Notes under the pieces: generated by a model | Database searches by the model: none | Seen by the model: the letters and a program-made list of their open reading frames with translations, nothing else | Told to the model about the DNA's origin: nothing | Translations under genes and position numbers: made by a program | Part shown: one piece after another, positions 23,531 through 37,235 of the stretch | How positions within the stretch are numbered: the first letter of the stretch is position 1 | How the letters are laid out: each line of letters starts with the position of its first letter | From: Octopus sinensis | Lineage: Eukaryota | NCBI RefSeq assembly: GCF_006345805.1 | Contig: NC_043013.1 | Coordinates: 248,001 to 312,000 of the forward strand | Length of the DNA: 64,000 nt | Direction of reading: 5' to 3'

Positions 23531-24327
23531 ACTGTGTGGCCAGTTTTAGTCACAACAAAATAGAAGAAACTTGGAAGAATGTCTCAACTTTTCCCCTTCC
23601 TTTGCTTTCATTTCAATTTGGGAAAAACTTTCAATATTATTTACTCTTTCATTTCTATGTCCTGTATTCCACTGTAGCTTGCAGCAACTCAAGCCTGAAT
23701 ATTAAGAGATTAATTTTAATCACAAGTATAATAACCACATATTTGATGATTAAATTTCACTGAGTATCTCTGAATAAGCATGTCTTTTGGAAACCAACTT
23801 TATTAAGCAGCATCTTGAAGAACCTCCATTAATGTTATCAACATTCATCTTGGAAAATGTCTTGAAATATTTTTCTTCTTCTCTTAAACCATTGGCAGTT
23901 TGTTATATTTATGCAGTCAGGATAAGCAACAAATTTCTTTTTCATTCAAGTTTACTGATTTTTAAAAAATCTTCTTAACATAATTAGAGAAAATTGAAAC
24001 TACCTTCATTTTACTGTTGCCCTTTTTGGGGTCAGATATGGAGAAAGCTGAAGGGTAAACTGTGTGTGGTTTCTGGCTGTATACCAATGCATATCCCTCT
24101 CCTTGATTCAGGTTAAAAAAATCAATTTGAATAAATGTGGTAAATGTTGTAATGTAGAGAAGTGGGCTCCCTTGAGGACCTTGGTAGAGTTAAGTCCTCA
24201 GGGATCTAAGTCTGTAATCTGACAATGATCCTTTTATTTCATGTAGACCACTAAAGCTAAACTTGATCCCTTTCTTTTAGGAATATTAAACAGGGGTTCA
24301 TTTCTTATAAATCCTCATCAATTCAAT

Positions 24328-24470
24328 TACATATATCATTCTTTAACAAGAACAGTATTGACAGTAACTTTGAAGTTTTGGCCAGTTGAGCCATCATCAG
24401 AAGCAGGCAGAAACTTCAAAGACACTGTCGATATTATTCTTATTAAGGAATAATTATTTTGTATTCTGCC
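24328..24470 (-). ncRNA. Inverted repeat (about 60-bp arms) with a decayed hammerhead at the junction
   Basis: Minus 24400-24360: CTGATGA T GGC-tcaactg-GCC [G>A]AAAC TTCAAA GTT; the + arm starts at about 24404 with ggcaGAAACTTCAAAGAC. Confidence 0.6.
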
Positions 24471-24612
24471 AAATGTATTGAGTAAGATTTCAGTTTAAGA
24501 CTTGGATGTGGCCCTTAGAGTGTAAGGCATTAAGGGCCAAAACACTTGGCTGGGTGGGGTTCCTTTTCTGAAGACCTTCTGCTGTTTAGTTCTCTTGAGG
24601 ATTTCTTACCAC

Positions 24613-24650
<38 letters not shown>

Positions 24651-25512
24651 CATGTCCCCGGAATACATTAGCATTACCGGTGATATAAATACAGCTCTGG
24701 GCTTGCCAGAATCAGTAGAGCAACACCAAACAAATTTTTTTGTGGTATTAATTTATATTTCTTTACGTTCTGACTTCAAAATCTCCTGGAACCAACTTCA
24801 TATTTTCAAACATCTTATTTCATGTATAAACATTCCCTATCATTTCAAGTTTTACTATTTTCCCCCAAAATAAAAATATTACTTAAAGTGAATTTTGTGT
24901 TTGTTTCTTTTCTTTATAATTAAGAAGTTTTAGTTCAGAGGCTTCGAAGAGCTTTTCAGTAACGTTATTACAAGAATTTGGGCCACTTTTTCTGGTGTGT
25001 GGCTCTCAGATCAAATCTTTTCAACCTCACAGCCACTTGCATGCATGAAGTCTATCTCAAACATCCAGACTCATCAAGCTGGAGCATCTTGTCCTGGTCT
25101 ATGTGGCATTTAAACAATGGAGAATACAAGTAACCTGAAATGAGGCATGTTATGAGAGGATTCTTAGAGAAGAATCCCCTTTTAAACACACTTATAGAGA
25201 GATCTTACAAATGTAAACTCTGGCAGAAACATACATTTTACTCATATAAGTGATTTCGCCAGTCTTTATAGTTTGAACAATTAGTTTAACTTGCACTTCA
25301 CTTCAATAAAGAAATCTTTTCCTAAGCCTTTGAACATTCTTTTAATCAATCTATTTGTTCCCTACTTATCATTCCTTTAACCCTTCTCTTCCTACTATCT
25401 GCCTTTGACATCAATCTACTAACGGTTTTTTTAAATACCTAATAACGTTATTTATCATGTAGGCAGTCATCGCAATTGTTATAATGTCTAGTTGTTGAAA
25501 GAGGCTCTCTTT

Positions 25513-25594
25513 CTTTCCTGATAGGAAGATTGCATCTTACACTGTTTATTCCTTTGGAATAAGACCATGTTATTTTCGAAACATATGTCGAAAG
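25513..25594 (+). ncRNA. Near-intact minimal type I hammerhead ribozyme motif
   Basis: Stem I ctttc/gaaag; core CTGATAG; stem II gaagat/attttc extended by gcat/atgt and ttattcc-ttt-ggaataa; GAAA; palindromic stem III ACATATGT; GUC site at 25587-25589. Confidence 0.65.
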
Positions 25595-25637
25595 TAAAGG
25601 AATCTTATTAACATCTTCGTTCAACTCCATTTATTTA

Positions 25638-25675
<38 letters not shown>

Positions 25676-25699
25676 GGTAGGTATATGTATGTGTGTGTA

Positions 25700-25925
25700 T
25701 ATGTATGTGTGTGTATATGTTTGTGTCTGTGTTTGTCCCCCCAACATCGCTTGACAACCGATGCTGGTGTGTTTACATCCTTGTAACTTAGCAGTTTGGC
25801 AAAAGAGACCAATAGAATAAGTACCAGGCTTACAAAGAATAAGTGCTGGGGTCAATTTGCTCGACTAAAGGCGGTACTCCAGCATGGCCACAGTCAAATG
25901 CCTGAAACAAAAGTAAAAGAATAAA
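25700..25925 (+). mobile_element. 3' domain of third-family SINE
   Basis: Nearly identical to 2190-2392. Confidence 0.75.
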
Positions 25926-27904
25926 AGAGGAATTACTGAACAAAGTGTTACAGAGAAACAGTAAATGGAACGAGTCAACTTGATATCAATTGCAGTTGAC
26001 ATTCCCCTGAAGACTCTAAGAATGCAATGATTTGTTCGCTGTTACAATTAAATGCTAGAAACAACAGTCAGTTTTGTATCTTATCACCTCCTGTAGTTCA
26101 CTTTTATATTTACTAAATACAGAGAAAGATATTACTTGCTTTTCCATGTTTAGTCACACACCCTAGTTACCAATCTCAGTAAAAAGAAAAGATCCTTAAA
26201 CTCTTGGAAGGGAAACAAAACCAGAGTGAATTCTCTCTCATCCAACTTTTATCATCCTAAGTATAATTAAACATAGCTGAAGGGTGAATTAATATAAACT
26301 TTTAATCTATTCAATGTGAACCACTGAAGACAAGTGACTGCCCTAGGAAATTATCCATATTAAATTCTTCCTATTGTCATTGCTCAGTCTCAAATCTCTC
26401 CCAAATCACCATTTTGTCATCCAACTCGTTTTATACCAGCCTAAGTCTGAATTAGTGTTTAGAAGTAGAATTAATATCTCATTGTAATCAATATATTGTG
26501 ACCTATTCTAAATAATAAGAGTTGATCAAAACCAGTTCAATGTATACCTATAAAGTTACAGACATTAAATGCCTTAATTATATTAAACATTAGTGGAAAC
26601 AAAGAGGCTACCTGTTTATTAGTTTAAAAAAAGGGGGGGAGCATTTTATTTGAAATTTATTTAGAAAAAGATAAAATAAGGAAAAGAAGTCTGAGATAAT
26701 GTATTACTATATGCCTCGAGAGAAAAAAAAACAGGATTCTCAAAGCTTAAACACCATTCATTATAGGTTTGCTTAATCAGGGTGGACTTACATTAAACAA
26801 GTCCATATTTGAATTTAGTTGACACAAACACAATTCAATTGACCTTATTGATTTCTGTTGCAATTAAAAGACAAGTCATTAGACGAGCAATGATTCTTCT
26901 AATTAATAGGCAATATAGCAGCCACCAGAAAGTATTTAATGGGCAGTTTTAGCTGGCATTTTTAAAATTCAAAAATGATAAGAAATTTCATTGAAGAAAT
27001 ATTCCAGTGGACTTTCATGTCACACCTTTGTCGTAAACTTTTTCCCCAAATATTGAATTAACACATCAATAGGTGCAAAATTTAATTTAATAATTCTTTT
27101 CTTTAAATAACTAATTCTTTTGAAACTTAATTAAAAAACATATAATCTGTTATTATTAGAAGTGTAATAAAATGTCTTTCTTATTAATAAGTTACAGGTT
27201 AACTAATGCTGAACATTTCCAGAAAGAATGAAATAGTGATATATATGACCATCACCAACTAAGAATTGTAAGAGCCTTAGAAAAAAAAAATTAAATATGT
27301 GAACTCTTGTCTTCTTCCACATATTGCATAATTTCAAATTAAATTTATTCTGCCTTGTATTGAGAGGAGACAGTTACTTCCCTTGTATTAATGGCTATTA
27401 CCAGAGGGCACCACATGTGCTATTAAAACGTTTTCCCCAAACAAGTTAACACACCAATGTGAATAAGATATTGATCCGTAGAAAAACACAGAAGATTTAC
27501 TTTAAAAAACCTTGGTGTTGTCCTGTAATGGAAAGGATCTCCCCAATTGATGTGAGCCTAGAAAAACATCCACCTTTGCAGTTCTTTTTTCTGACCATTA
27601 TGTTCAGATCAAATCTCCAAATGTTATTACTGGCCTTCATTCCTTCTGCCAACTGCCTCTACCATCACATTGTTTCTATTCTGAAGTCAACAGCCGACTC
27701 ACCATCAGTCATTCTTTATTACAGGCCATTATTTTGCTCACTCAGTATTCCTCCTTCCACGCTCACATATCTTCACATCCGTCATTCTCTCTCCTTCCCT
27801 CCATTCCTTTAGAATTCTCTGTGTTACTTCTACTACTACTACTACTACTTCCACTTTTATCAATCACAATGTCCCACCACCACCATGCCACTCACACAAT
27901 TTCT

Positions 27905-28085
27905 ACCAACCTCATCATTTAACATCCGTTTTCCATGCTAGCATGGATCGGATGGTTTGACAGGAGCCAAGCCAGGTTCCATTGTCTGCTTTGGCATCGT
28001 TATTGCAGCTGGATGCTGCCCTTCCTGATGCCAACCACTTTGCAGAGTGTGGACTGGACACTTTTTCTGTGGCACCACCCAACAA
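27905..28085 (-). mobile_element. RTE 3'-UTR fragment
   Basis: catcatttaacatccgttttccatgctagcatgg...cagctggatgc..cccttcctgatgccaacc, as at 62829. Confidence 0.65.
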
Positions 28086-28590
28086 TTCTCTGGCAACTGC
28101 TTTCACTATCTTCTTCTCCCTCATCAATTTCTTCCATCTGCCAAGGTTAATGAATGAATGGAAACATAAGAGAGAGGATTCCTTAGTCTTGTAGCAGACA
28201 AACCAATTCTCTTGGCTTTGTGCCATGATAAAATACACTCGGTTCACCCACTCATATCGTTGATGAGTGAACAGAGACGACAAACGACTCAGTGTTGCCG
28301 AGATCACGATAACTTGTTTGGTGCTAGAACAAGGGTGTAATTAATATGAACAGCATCCAGCCATATGAAGCAGGCCAAGAATGGTAAGTATGAGGGAGAT
28401 ATGGTCCCTCATAGCACATCCAAGAGAACACGAACCCTAAATTGGAATTGGCTCAGTTTGTGATAACCAGTCCAACCAATGCCAACATAGGAAAGCAAAA
28501 GTGAAGGCATGATGGTGATGCACCCTTGGAAATAGGGGTTTATCATAATTACAAGACATGCCTTAGTGGTTACGGGTATTCAGCTTATGT

Positions 28591-28839
28591 ACATTATACA
28601 TATGGGCATATGACGTAGTGGTCTAGAGTGCAGGCTACTAAACCCAAGATTCCGAGTTCGATTCCAAGCAGTAACCTGAATAATAGCAACATTGAAAAAT
28701 ACCTTAGGAATGAGAATCCAGGTTCGAAATTTCCCCAAGACACGTAATGAGGGTATACCAGCTGAAATGCATTAAACAAGATGAGAACAAATATCTGTCA
28801 AATGTAAATAATTCCTCATCTCTTAAATATAGAACTGTA
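28591..28839 (+). mobile_element. tRNA-headed, hammerhead-bearing SINE-like element, locus 1
   Basis: Head gggcatatgacgtagtggtc...gagttcgattcc (28604-28665), body, partly deleted ribozyme (28737-28775), tail to gaactg; candidate TSD gtattcagc(t/c)tatgt at 28576-28590 and 28837-28851. Confidence 0.8.
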
Positions 28840-28844
28840 TTCAG

Positions 28845-29340
28845 CCTATGTTTGATCCCTGGCAGTGCCTTGTGGCCTTGAGTAAGACACTTTATTTCAC
28901 ATTGTGCCAGTACACTCAGCTGGCAAAAATGAGTTGTATTTCAAAGGGCCAGCCTAGCTACATTGTCATGCTGAATTTCCCTGAGAAGTATGTCGCACAA
29001 GTGTCTGTGGAGTGCTCAGCCACTCACAGGCTGATTTCAGGAGCAGGCTTGTTCTCCTCATTGGATCAGCTGGAACCCTCCTGTGTGCCATTTTTGTTTT
29101 TTAACAGTGGTTTAGAAGTTCTCTTTGCAACCACATAATTTTCAGTTCAGTCTTGATGCATGGCAAGGTAAAGGCATGGGGATTGCAGGGGAGAAATTCA
29201 CTCTGTAACCAAACCACATGGTTCCAAGTTCAGTCTCACTGCATGGCACCTTCAGTAAGCGTCTTCTGTTGCCTCAAGTCAACCTCTGAGTGACTTTGGG
29301 AGACAAAAACTGTAGGAAGCCTGTCCTGTGTGTGTGTGTG
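28845..29340 (+). mobile_element. Adjacent truncated SINEs (second and third families)
   Basis: ccttgagtaagacactttatttcac at about 28877; aaccacatggttccaagttcagtctcactg at about 29210. Confidence 0.6.
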
Positions 29341-29774
29341 TGTGTGCACTTGAGTACCGATCAGCATTATTGATTGGAATCCCACAGCAAAAGTGATGAT
29401 GTTGACATTGTTAATGTAACCAGTCCTCCATGCTTTTCAAGACCTGTTGAATAAAAACTCTAACTTGAAGAATAGATAAGGGTCACTCATCAACCCCAAC
29501 CCCTCAGCCACCCACCCTCATTCTGCACCTTCACCTCAATACCTAACATTCTCTCGGTTACCCACAGCCCATCACCATCTTCTCTAGCTTTTTCAGTGTT
29601 TCACTCTGGCAATCTTTTGCTACCATTCTAGCCAATGCAGGACAGCTATGTATCTTTTGCACAGCAAGACATTTCTGCCTGTCCCTAGTATAAAATCTCT
29701 CCTCCACCCTCTCAAAACCTCTACTGCCCTTAGTCAAGGGGAGTTTTCCCCTTGCTCTTTTCCGTCTTGCAAGT

Positions 29775-29950
29775 TACATGTGCTGGTGACGAGAAAAAAC
29801 AAAAAGCACCCTGTACACTGTGGAGTGGTTGGCATTAGGAAGGCCATCCAGCTGTAGAAACCATGCCACAGTGGACATGGAGCACAATGCAGGTCTGTGA
29901 CTGACTGGATCCAGTCCACCCATGCCCAGCACAATAAAACATAGTGGATG
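29775..29950 (+). mobile_element. RTE 3'-UTR fragment
   Basis: gtggttggcattaggaaggccatccagctgtagaaacc motif. Confidence 0.6.
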
Positions 29951-31129
29951 AAGAGAATCTCTTGGGACGTTTGCTTTGATTCTTTTTACACAGAGTTCAA
30001 ACCCTGCTCAGAGCAGCTTTGCTTTTCATTCATCCATGCTTGATACAATGAAATCCAAATTCAGGGTGGATTACCAGAAATCTGAGAAAATGCTTTGCAG
30101 TGAAATGTTCAAGTCGTTCACATGTTCAGTTCACCTGTGACAATGCTGGCACCAAGCTGTATTGGCACCAATACAATCCTTGAATAATATCAAATGCATC
30201 ATGGATAAGGAAGAGAATGACTTAAAGCAGAGGGAACTGCTGAGGTTCCATTAAAAAAAACCTTCCTTGGGTCGAACCTAAAGAGAGAAACTTTACAAAT
30301 ATGTTGTAAACTCTAAATGACGGCAGCCTTAGAACAGAATATGTATCTCTGTGCATTTGTTATTAGTTCAGCAGTAGCTGAAGTCACCAAAATAACCAGA
30401 TGGTCCACAAGTTAACTTGGAGAAGATATTCCACATTATCTTGCAGCTTATTGAATTTGCATAGCAACGTCATCACACAAACAACAAAGTTGTTGTGTAC
30501 ACTCAGTGATAAAATCTATTTTGCACCGCTGCAGCCATATGCTCAAGTTGAGACTTGTCTTTCTGCTCTAATGTAACCAACGACAATTCTAGTCGTTATC
30601 TTATATAGTCTAACTGCATTTAGGAGCAAAAAGAAAAAAAAATTACTGACTGGCTTATGGTCAAGCTAACCCAAAATGCAAGTCTGTGGATGCATACAAG
30701 TATTGAAGGGGTGTATGCACCAATGGTCAAATTGGCTTAGAGGTAAACTAGCCAATGTAGTCAATTTGCAGGCTCAATACACGGAGCTATGTGTATGTTC
30801 TGTACAAAGGCAGAGTTGCCCATTGGAAATACAGTCAGCTCTCTAAAATCCATTTACAACTTTAACTCTTCTGATGAGAATCAGTAAGGCTAGCAACCTA
30901 TCAAGATGCTACAAAAACCAATAAAGGAAATTGGGGTCACATGTGCCTCGAGTTGTTCAGCAGATGAATGGATGAGGAATAAGCTGAGCACAAACTCAGA
31001 AATCTCCCAAGGACTGAGCCTCCATTGCTTCACATACATCTCCATATATCACACAATTGACCAGGCTATTGGATGTTATACCTCGCTGGTCACAGTGCAC
31101 TGTTGTATCTTTCAAACGATACCACTTGG

Positions 31130-31330
31130 TGGCTAGACAGGCAAGCCAGCATTCCTCTTGATCGGAAGACTAGTCTGTTGCAGGGTTGCACATTTACAGC
31201 ATAGTGGACTGGGGCAATGTGAAATGAAGTGTTTTGCTAAGGAACACAATATGCAACCAGTCTGGGAATTGAAACCATGATCTCACAATCCTGAATGCAG
31301 CACACTTAACCACTAGGCTACAGTCCTTCA
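31130..31330 (-). mobile_element. tRNA-SINE (second family), decayed
   Basis: gcaatgtgaaatgaagtgttttgctaaggaacacaa...gggaattgaaacc...ttaaccactaggcta, homologous to 1430-1546. Confidence 0.65.
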
Positions 31331-32151
31331 CACACACACACACAGCTAAATAGAATATATACTAACGGTTGAAGGCCTCCTCTAGAGACAGCAGACATGT
31401 CCATCAATGGGAATACAAACCATTTCATTGTTCAACAGGATGGCATTTACACTAATGAGCAAGTGAAACAGGTGAAAGAAAGGAGAGCAACAAGGAGAGC
31501 AAGTCATTAAAAGAGAGATCAAAGCAGTAAATGTTATAACAATTCATTTTATACAACCCAGATATTACAAAATGATTTACATTTCAGAAATATCCAAAAG
31601 AGAGACAGAGAGAGAACAAGAGAAAGAAAGTAAAATAGTTGTACAATTGTTTGTCGGGAACTAAGAACAACCTAAGAAAACATTGAAGAAAAGAAAGAAT
31701 TTTCGGAGAATAGATAGAATAAACGAATGGGATTTGGAAAACCCAATTTCTCTAAGAGCACTTAACTGATTTGTTGATAGTGAGAGAATCTAATGAACTA
31801 AAAATTACTCGAATATTAATTATCTGAAGATCTGCCCTATTACAAAACAAATTCCCATCAAGAGACAAACAAATAACTGGAGGAAGGCAGGGGAAAATAA
31901 ATTACAAAAAAAAAAAAAAAAAATACAATAAACAAACAATAAATACGAGATGCATTTGGGTGAAGACGAATATTTGTAGACATTACAAACAGAGCACAAG
32001 ACCATGCATACACATGTTAATAGGTTTATATATATATATATATATATAAATATATCACCACACACATATACAGAAATACACACACACTCACATATATATA
32101 TGTCCATAGATAGACATACACATACACACTTGCACGCACCCACCCACCCAC

Positions 32152-32192
<41 letters not shown>

Positions 32193-32483
32193 TGCATAGA
32201 CACACACACACACACACATATATCTCAATGGATATACATACAGAAGAAAAATAACTTTACCATTTACTCATTTCTTGAAAGATGATGGTTCAGGACATCA
32301 CTACTCAGTTTCTTTGCCATTTGCCTGACCAAAATCTGGCTTTTGTCATTTGAAAGATTCTTGAGACAAGAAACTTGTGTGGCAACAGGGTGAATCTTCA
32401 GCTTCAAACAAAGAAATTTCATATGCATTTACACACACGTGGGAGAGTATATATCACACACAATACAGACACAACACCAATAC

Positions 32484-32514
<31 letters not shown>

Positions 32515-33094
32515 TACATACATGTTAATTATATCCATTTATCTAATCATGATTCAACCCATGTATGAAAATAGAACTTTTTCTTCATAAATGATGCAAA
32601 AATGTGTATTAATTAGCATAATAAACATTTTTGCATAATTGATAGAGCCACTAAAATGAACATCATTTCATTTAAGAATATTTCAGAAAATAAGCATTTT
32701 AATATTCAATATCATGTGTTAAATAAAGGAGACAAAATACTAATATTTTCTTATCCTTAACAAGTCAAGTGTGACTGGTGAACTAAAAAGCTCATCACCA
32801 GAGACACATTCAAGAATTATCCAAACCTAAGTTGAAATAGAGTTTTTTTTTTCAGCTGTAGATGGTGACATTGTTCGATAACTTCTGCTCATGCTATGGA
32901 TGTTTTTAATGAACCTGGATATTCTGACCATTCGTGATCAGGAAAGTAGTAAGGGAAAAAAAAAAAACCTTCTCAAAGGATGCACTCAGTTGATAAACAA
33001 TAAAATTATACAACAAGCAGGTTGGTGTCACAGAAAGAAAAAGAGAGAGAGAGAGAGAGAGAGTATTTCAAACTTGTAAGATACCCCCCCCCCC

Positions 33095-33265
33095 ATTTTC
33101 CAAGCTGGGTTGGATGGATTTGATAGGAACTGGCGAGACAGAAGGCTGTGCCAAGCTAGAATGTTTGCTTTGGTTTTGCTGGACACTAACACCAACCACT
33201 TTGCAGAGTGTACTGGGTGCTTTTTATGTGGCACCAGCACCAGTGAGATCACCAAGAAACTCACG
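33095..33265 (-). mobile_element. RTE 3'-UTR fragment
   Basis: gctgggttggatgg...accaaccactttgcagagtgtactgggtgctttttatgtggcacc. Confidence 0.55.
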
Positions 33266-34320
33266 GTGGGGGGGGGGGGCTCTCTCTCTCAGCTAAGTGC
33301 TATGTAGTATTGAGAGAGGGTTTATGCCACACAATAAAGGGGCTATAACGAGAGAGACAGAAACAGGCGTCTTGCTGTAGAGACGGTACATGACTATCCT
33401 AGTTAATGGGAGAGAAAATTAGTCCAGGCCTACTGTCAAGTTACAAGGTGAATATAAGGGGTAGAAAGGATGAGTAAGTTGAAGAGAATGACAGATGGAT
33501 AGAGGTGAATACAGGGGTTAGGAAAGGAGCTGTGCAAGGAGTAGGTTTTAGATGTGTTGCACATAGAAAAATATACAGCTCTGAAAAATTGGAATGCCTA
33601 CATCTGGTTCACTATGACCATAAGAATTGAATGAGGTTAAGAAATTCTTTTTGAAAGGGTTCAAATCTAATTTACTGGGCTCAACACAACCAAGTGTACA
33701 TCCAATGCTTCTTAAAAGAACAAAAATTTCATTTCAACTGCAGGAATCCAACAGGTAAATATGGTTTGGTAACATCAAAGTTTGGGGAAGAGGCTGACTG
33801 CATGAAAAAAAGGCCCAGCCTAATAATTAAGCTGAAGAATCTCAGAAAAGAAACTTTCTCTGAAGATTCTGGAGAAGACTATGCTTCCATATGTCAATAG
33901 TCATTTGGGTCACTTATGGAATTTTCAGTATAACAATATCCCCAAAGTATAAGGCAGAAATAATCAAAGAATTCATGACATGTAAGAAAATGCAATATCC
34001 ATATTCAATAGAAAATTTATGGAAATGGACCAACATGATTATTCAAATAAGTAAAACCAGGAAATTAAATGAAATTTATGATTAATATAACCAGACAATT
34101 GGAAGAAATCACAAACAGATTAACAGATTCAATGCCAGGTAGATGGAATTCCATTTTGAAAAAGTTTAGGTACCAAGAATTGAGCATCATATGAATTGAT
34201 TCTCTCACATATTTAAATTGATAAAAAGATTAGACAGGTTTTAAGTGTAAAATTGATGTTAATTTTTGTGGCATTTACAAGTGCTATCAATAATTGTAAA
34301 GACTAAAAAGTATTATATTT

Positions 34321-34519
34321 TTAACCGTTTAGCCCAAATATTCTGCTTTGTGTTCAAACTGTCAAAATCTGGCTTCTTATACCTACCCAACAATGTGATT
34401 CAAAAAATATAGAATTACATCATTGAAATGTCAAAGTTACAAGATACTGTGTGATTAATTCAAAACAATGTTAATAAATATTAAATCTGACAAAGAAAAT
34501 CTGAACGCTGAAGGGTTAA
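34321..34519. mobile_element. TTAA-flanked MITE
   Basis: ttaaccgtttagc...gctgaagggttaa; same family as 15692. Confidence 0.6.
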
Positions 34520-37197
34520 ACTTGCATCATTTAAAAGTAAAAACTTCTTTTTTCTGTAAGTTTGAACAGAGATTAAATAAGTGGAACTAATAAACATTCA
34601 ATTATCCATTTGACACAAATGAGTATAAATATATACACATATCTACACGCATCACATACATATGAAGACATTCAACTCTACAAGTGGAATATAAAAGACT
34701 TGATGCATGAAGAAAAAGTTATTTGTTCGAAGTTGAGGATTCAAAAGCTTCTTCACAGGTGCTACCCCTTGCACACAGCAAGAAGCTATGAGTAGTGACA
34801 TAGTAAGCTAGCTTTGAATAAATACATTCTGCATATACACACTCAAACAAGATATATATATACACATATATAAATTTAGAAAAAAAAAATTTTTTTTTAA
34901 ATGAATTTCTGACAATTTCGATGAAGAGTATTCCAGCTGTTCACCTGAACAGCAAACTCATTGTATTGTATTATGTGTAGCAGATAATTCCAGTGAAAGT
35001 TGTATCCTTAATTTAATTCTGATAGAATCAGCATCAATTACGGGAATCTAGTGCTGCATTTGGCAGGTTTCCACCGTTTGTCTACTTCCTGTCATTCACA
35101 AGGCTTGAGATTATGGTATAAGACACAACTTGCCTAACGACAGGATCAAACCAGCACAAAACCAACATTTCGATCACTTGGCATGCCTGCATCCTGACAC
35201 ACCTATGTAGACATTCACATACATACCCATATCTCTACAAATACACAAACACACACATTCTGCATGTATTAATACATGGTGCACAACAAACAATGGATTT
35301 TGACAAGGACAAATACATCAGCATCTAATGTGGTATTTCCAATGGGGTTTATCCCCAAACTGTGTATGGAGTAGACAGCATTACGTATGCAGTTGTATAT
35401 AGCATTGCATGTGTAAGCAAGTCCGTGTTTTGGAATGTGTGTGTGTACACATCCACACCTACACACATTCTCAATTATGTTATATGTTCAAAAAAAAAAA
35501 AAACAATTCTGTGGGTTTCATTCATTGAATATTTTCCAGAAATCTAAGAAGAGGAATACACAGTTCTTTTAAAGGCAAATTATTGAAACATCCCAGAACC
35601 GTCATTTGCAATGAATAATTATAATTTTCATATTCTGTTTAATATCCATGCAAATCAAAATGAGTTCATTTTTGCAATCTTCTGACCAGCGGCACAATGT
35701 CTTAAGTATATTCATCACGTTGCGACTACACTGTAGACCTTCAGTGAAAGAAGGTAGCATTAGTATAGTTATTTCTTTTACATAGACAGTCAAATTTATC
35801 AGTCAACAAAGCGATAAAGAAGCTGTTACACTCACTAAAGGGGAATATTTAACAAAAAAAAAATTCACTTGAACAAAGTGAATCAGCTTCAATTTATTTT
35901 CCAAAAATCTGAATCAAAAAATGTGGACTCAGACCACTGAGAACTTTCTCATCACCATAGCACTTGTTACAAGAACAGTATTGTTGTTATCATCATTATC
36001 AGTATTGTGTGTAGAAGTGGTGGTGGTAACAACAACAACAACAATAATAATAATAATAGAATAAAAGAAGATCAATATTTGTCATGAACTTACATATTTA
36101 CTTAACAGGAAACATGAAACACTAATATCAGTTGTCTTAGAACAACTATGAAGACATTATTATTATTATTATTATATTGCAGTGGATTTACAGAGTTGTT
36201 AGGCAAATGCTCTGCAGTGGATTACTTTGAGCTCTTCCCATTCTAAGCTGAAAAGCCTACTGAGGTCAACTGTGTCATGCATCATTTCACTTGTCAAGTA
36301 ACTGCAGTTGATTTAGTCAGCCTCTCCCATTAAGATTGCTGCCCTTGAGCCGAAATGAAAATTTCTTATAATCAAATCAACATCATGCAGATGTCTTCAA
36401 GAATTTTGTTAGATTTGGGGGTTTTTTGGCTTTTAGGTTACTTTTCTGAGTTTTCTACTTTCTGAATCATATTTTGAGGTTCAAAATTTTAGCGGAGCAA
36501 TGAATGTCTTCCTCACCCTACTCCACCACCACCACCACCACCACCACCACCACCAGGCAACAGAATTTAAATTCATGATAAAAAATATTTTGTACTTTTT
36601 AAGCTAAAAAATGGTGATAAGTTTACACATTAAAGGAATATAAGACTAAACTATACAGGGATACAAGAAAATCCAAATCACATTGTTTTTCTGTTTATTT
36701 CAGTTCTCTGTACAAATACCTAATTTACTCAAATACATAAAATTTCATAAAGAAATTCAAATAAAAAAAAAAAAGTTTACAATAGCAAGAAATTTAGCCT
36801 CTTGCCCTCTTCTCACCCACTTTCTCACACAATTACAGGTAACTGAGAATAGATGTCTTAAGCAGCATGTTGGACCCAATAAACCAAATTTAAAATCCCA
36901 AACACGAACTAATTCTCAGTGAGCTTAATATTACAGTAAATAGTTTTCAAATTGGCAACAAACAGGTAATGAAGATCAGCAGTGGTAGATGGTGATGGTG
37001 GTGATAAGGATGACGACGATGATGATGATAATAACAACAAAATAATAATACTAATAATAATAATCATAATAATGCAAAAATACAAGGTAGCTGGAAAATT
37101 TTCAAATGCAGAAATAAGAGGGTTGTAGAAAAGAAAGCAATACAAAGATAGAAGCAACTGAGGGTGGAGATTTTATATATGTATATATATACATATG

Positions 37198-37235
<38 letters not shown>

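Noticed and set aside
28604-28672. tRNA gene (also at 41785-41844 and 44786-44858)
   Set aside because: No complete acceptor stem, and each is fused to the same body; these are SINE heads.
32268-32826. Two possible minus-strand exons (LKIHPVATQ...; VWIILECVSGDELF, superficially kinase-like)
   Set aside because: Phases do not join, similarity does not extend, and no further exons were found.
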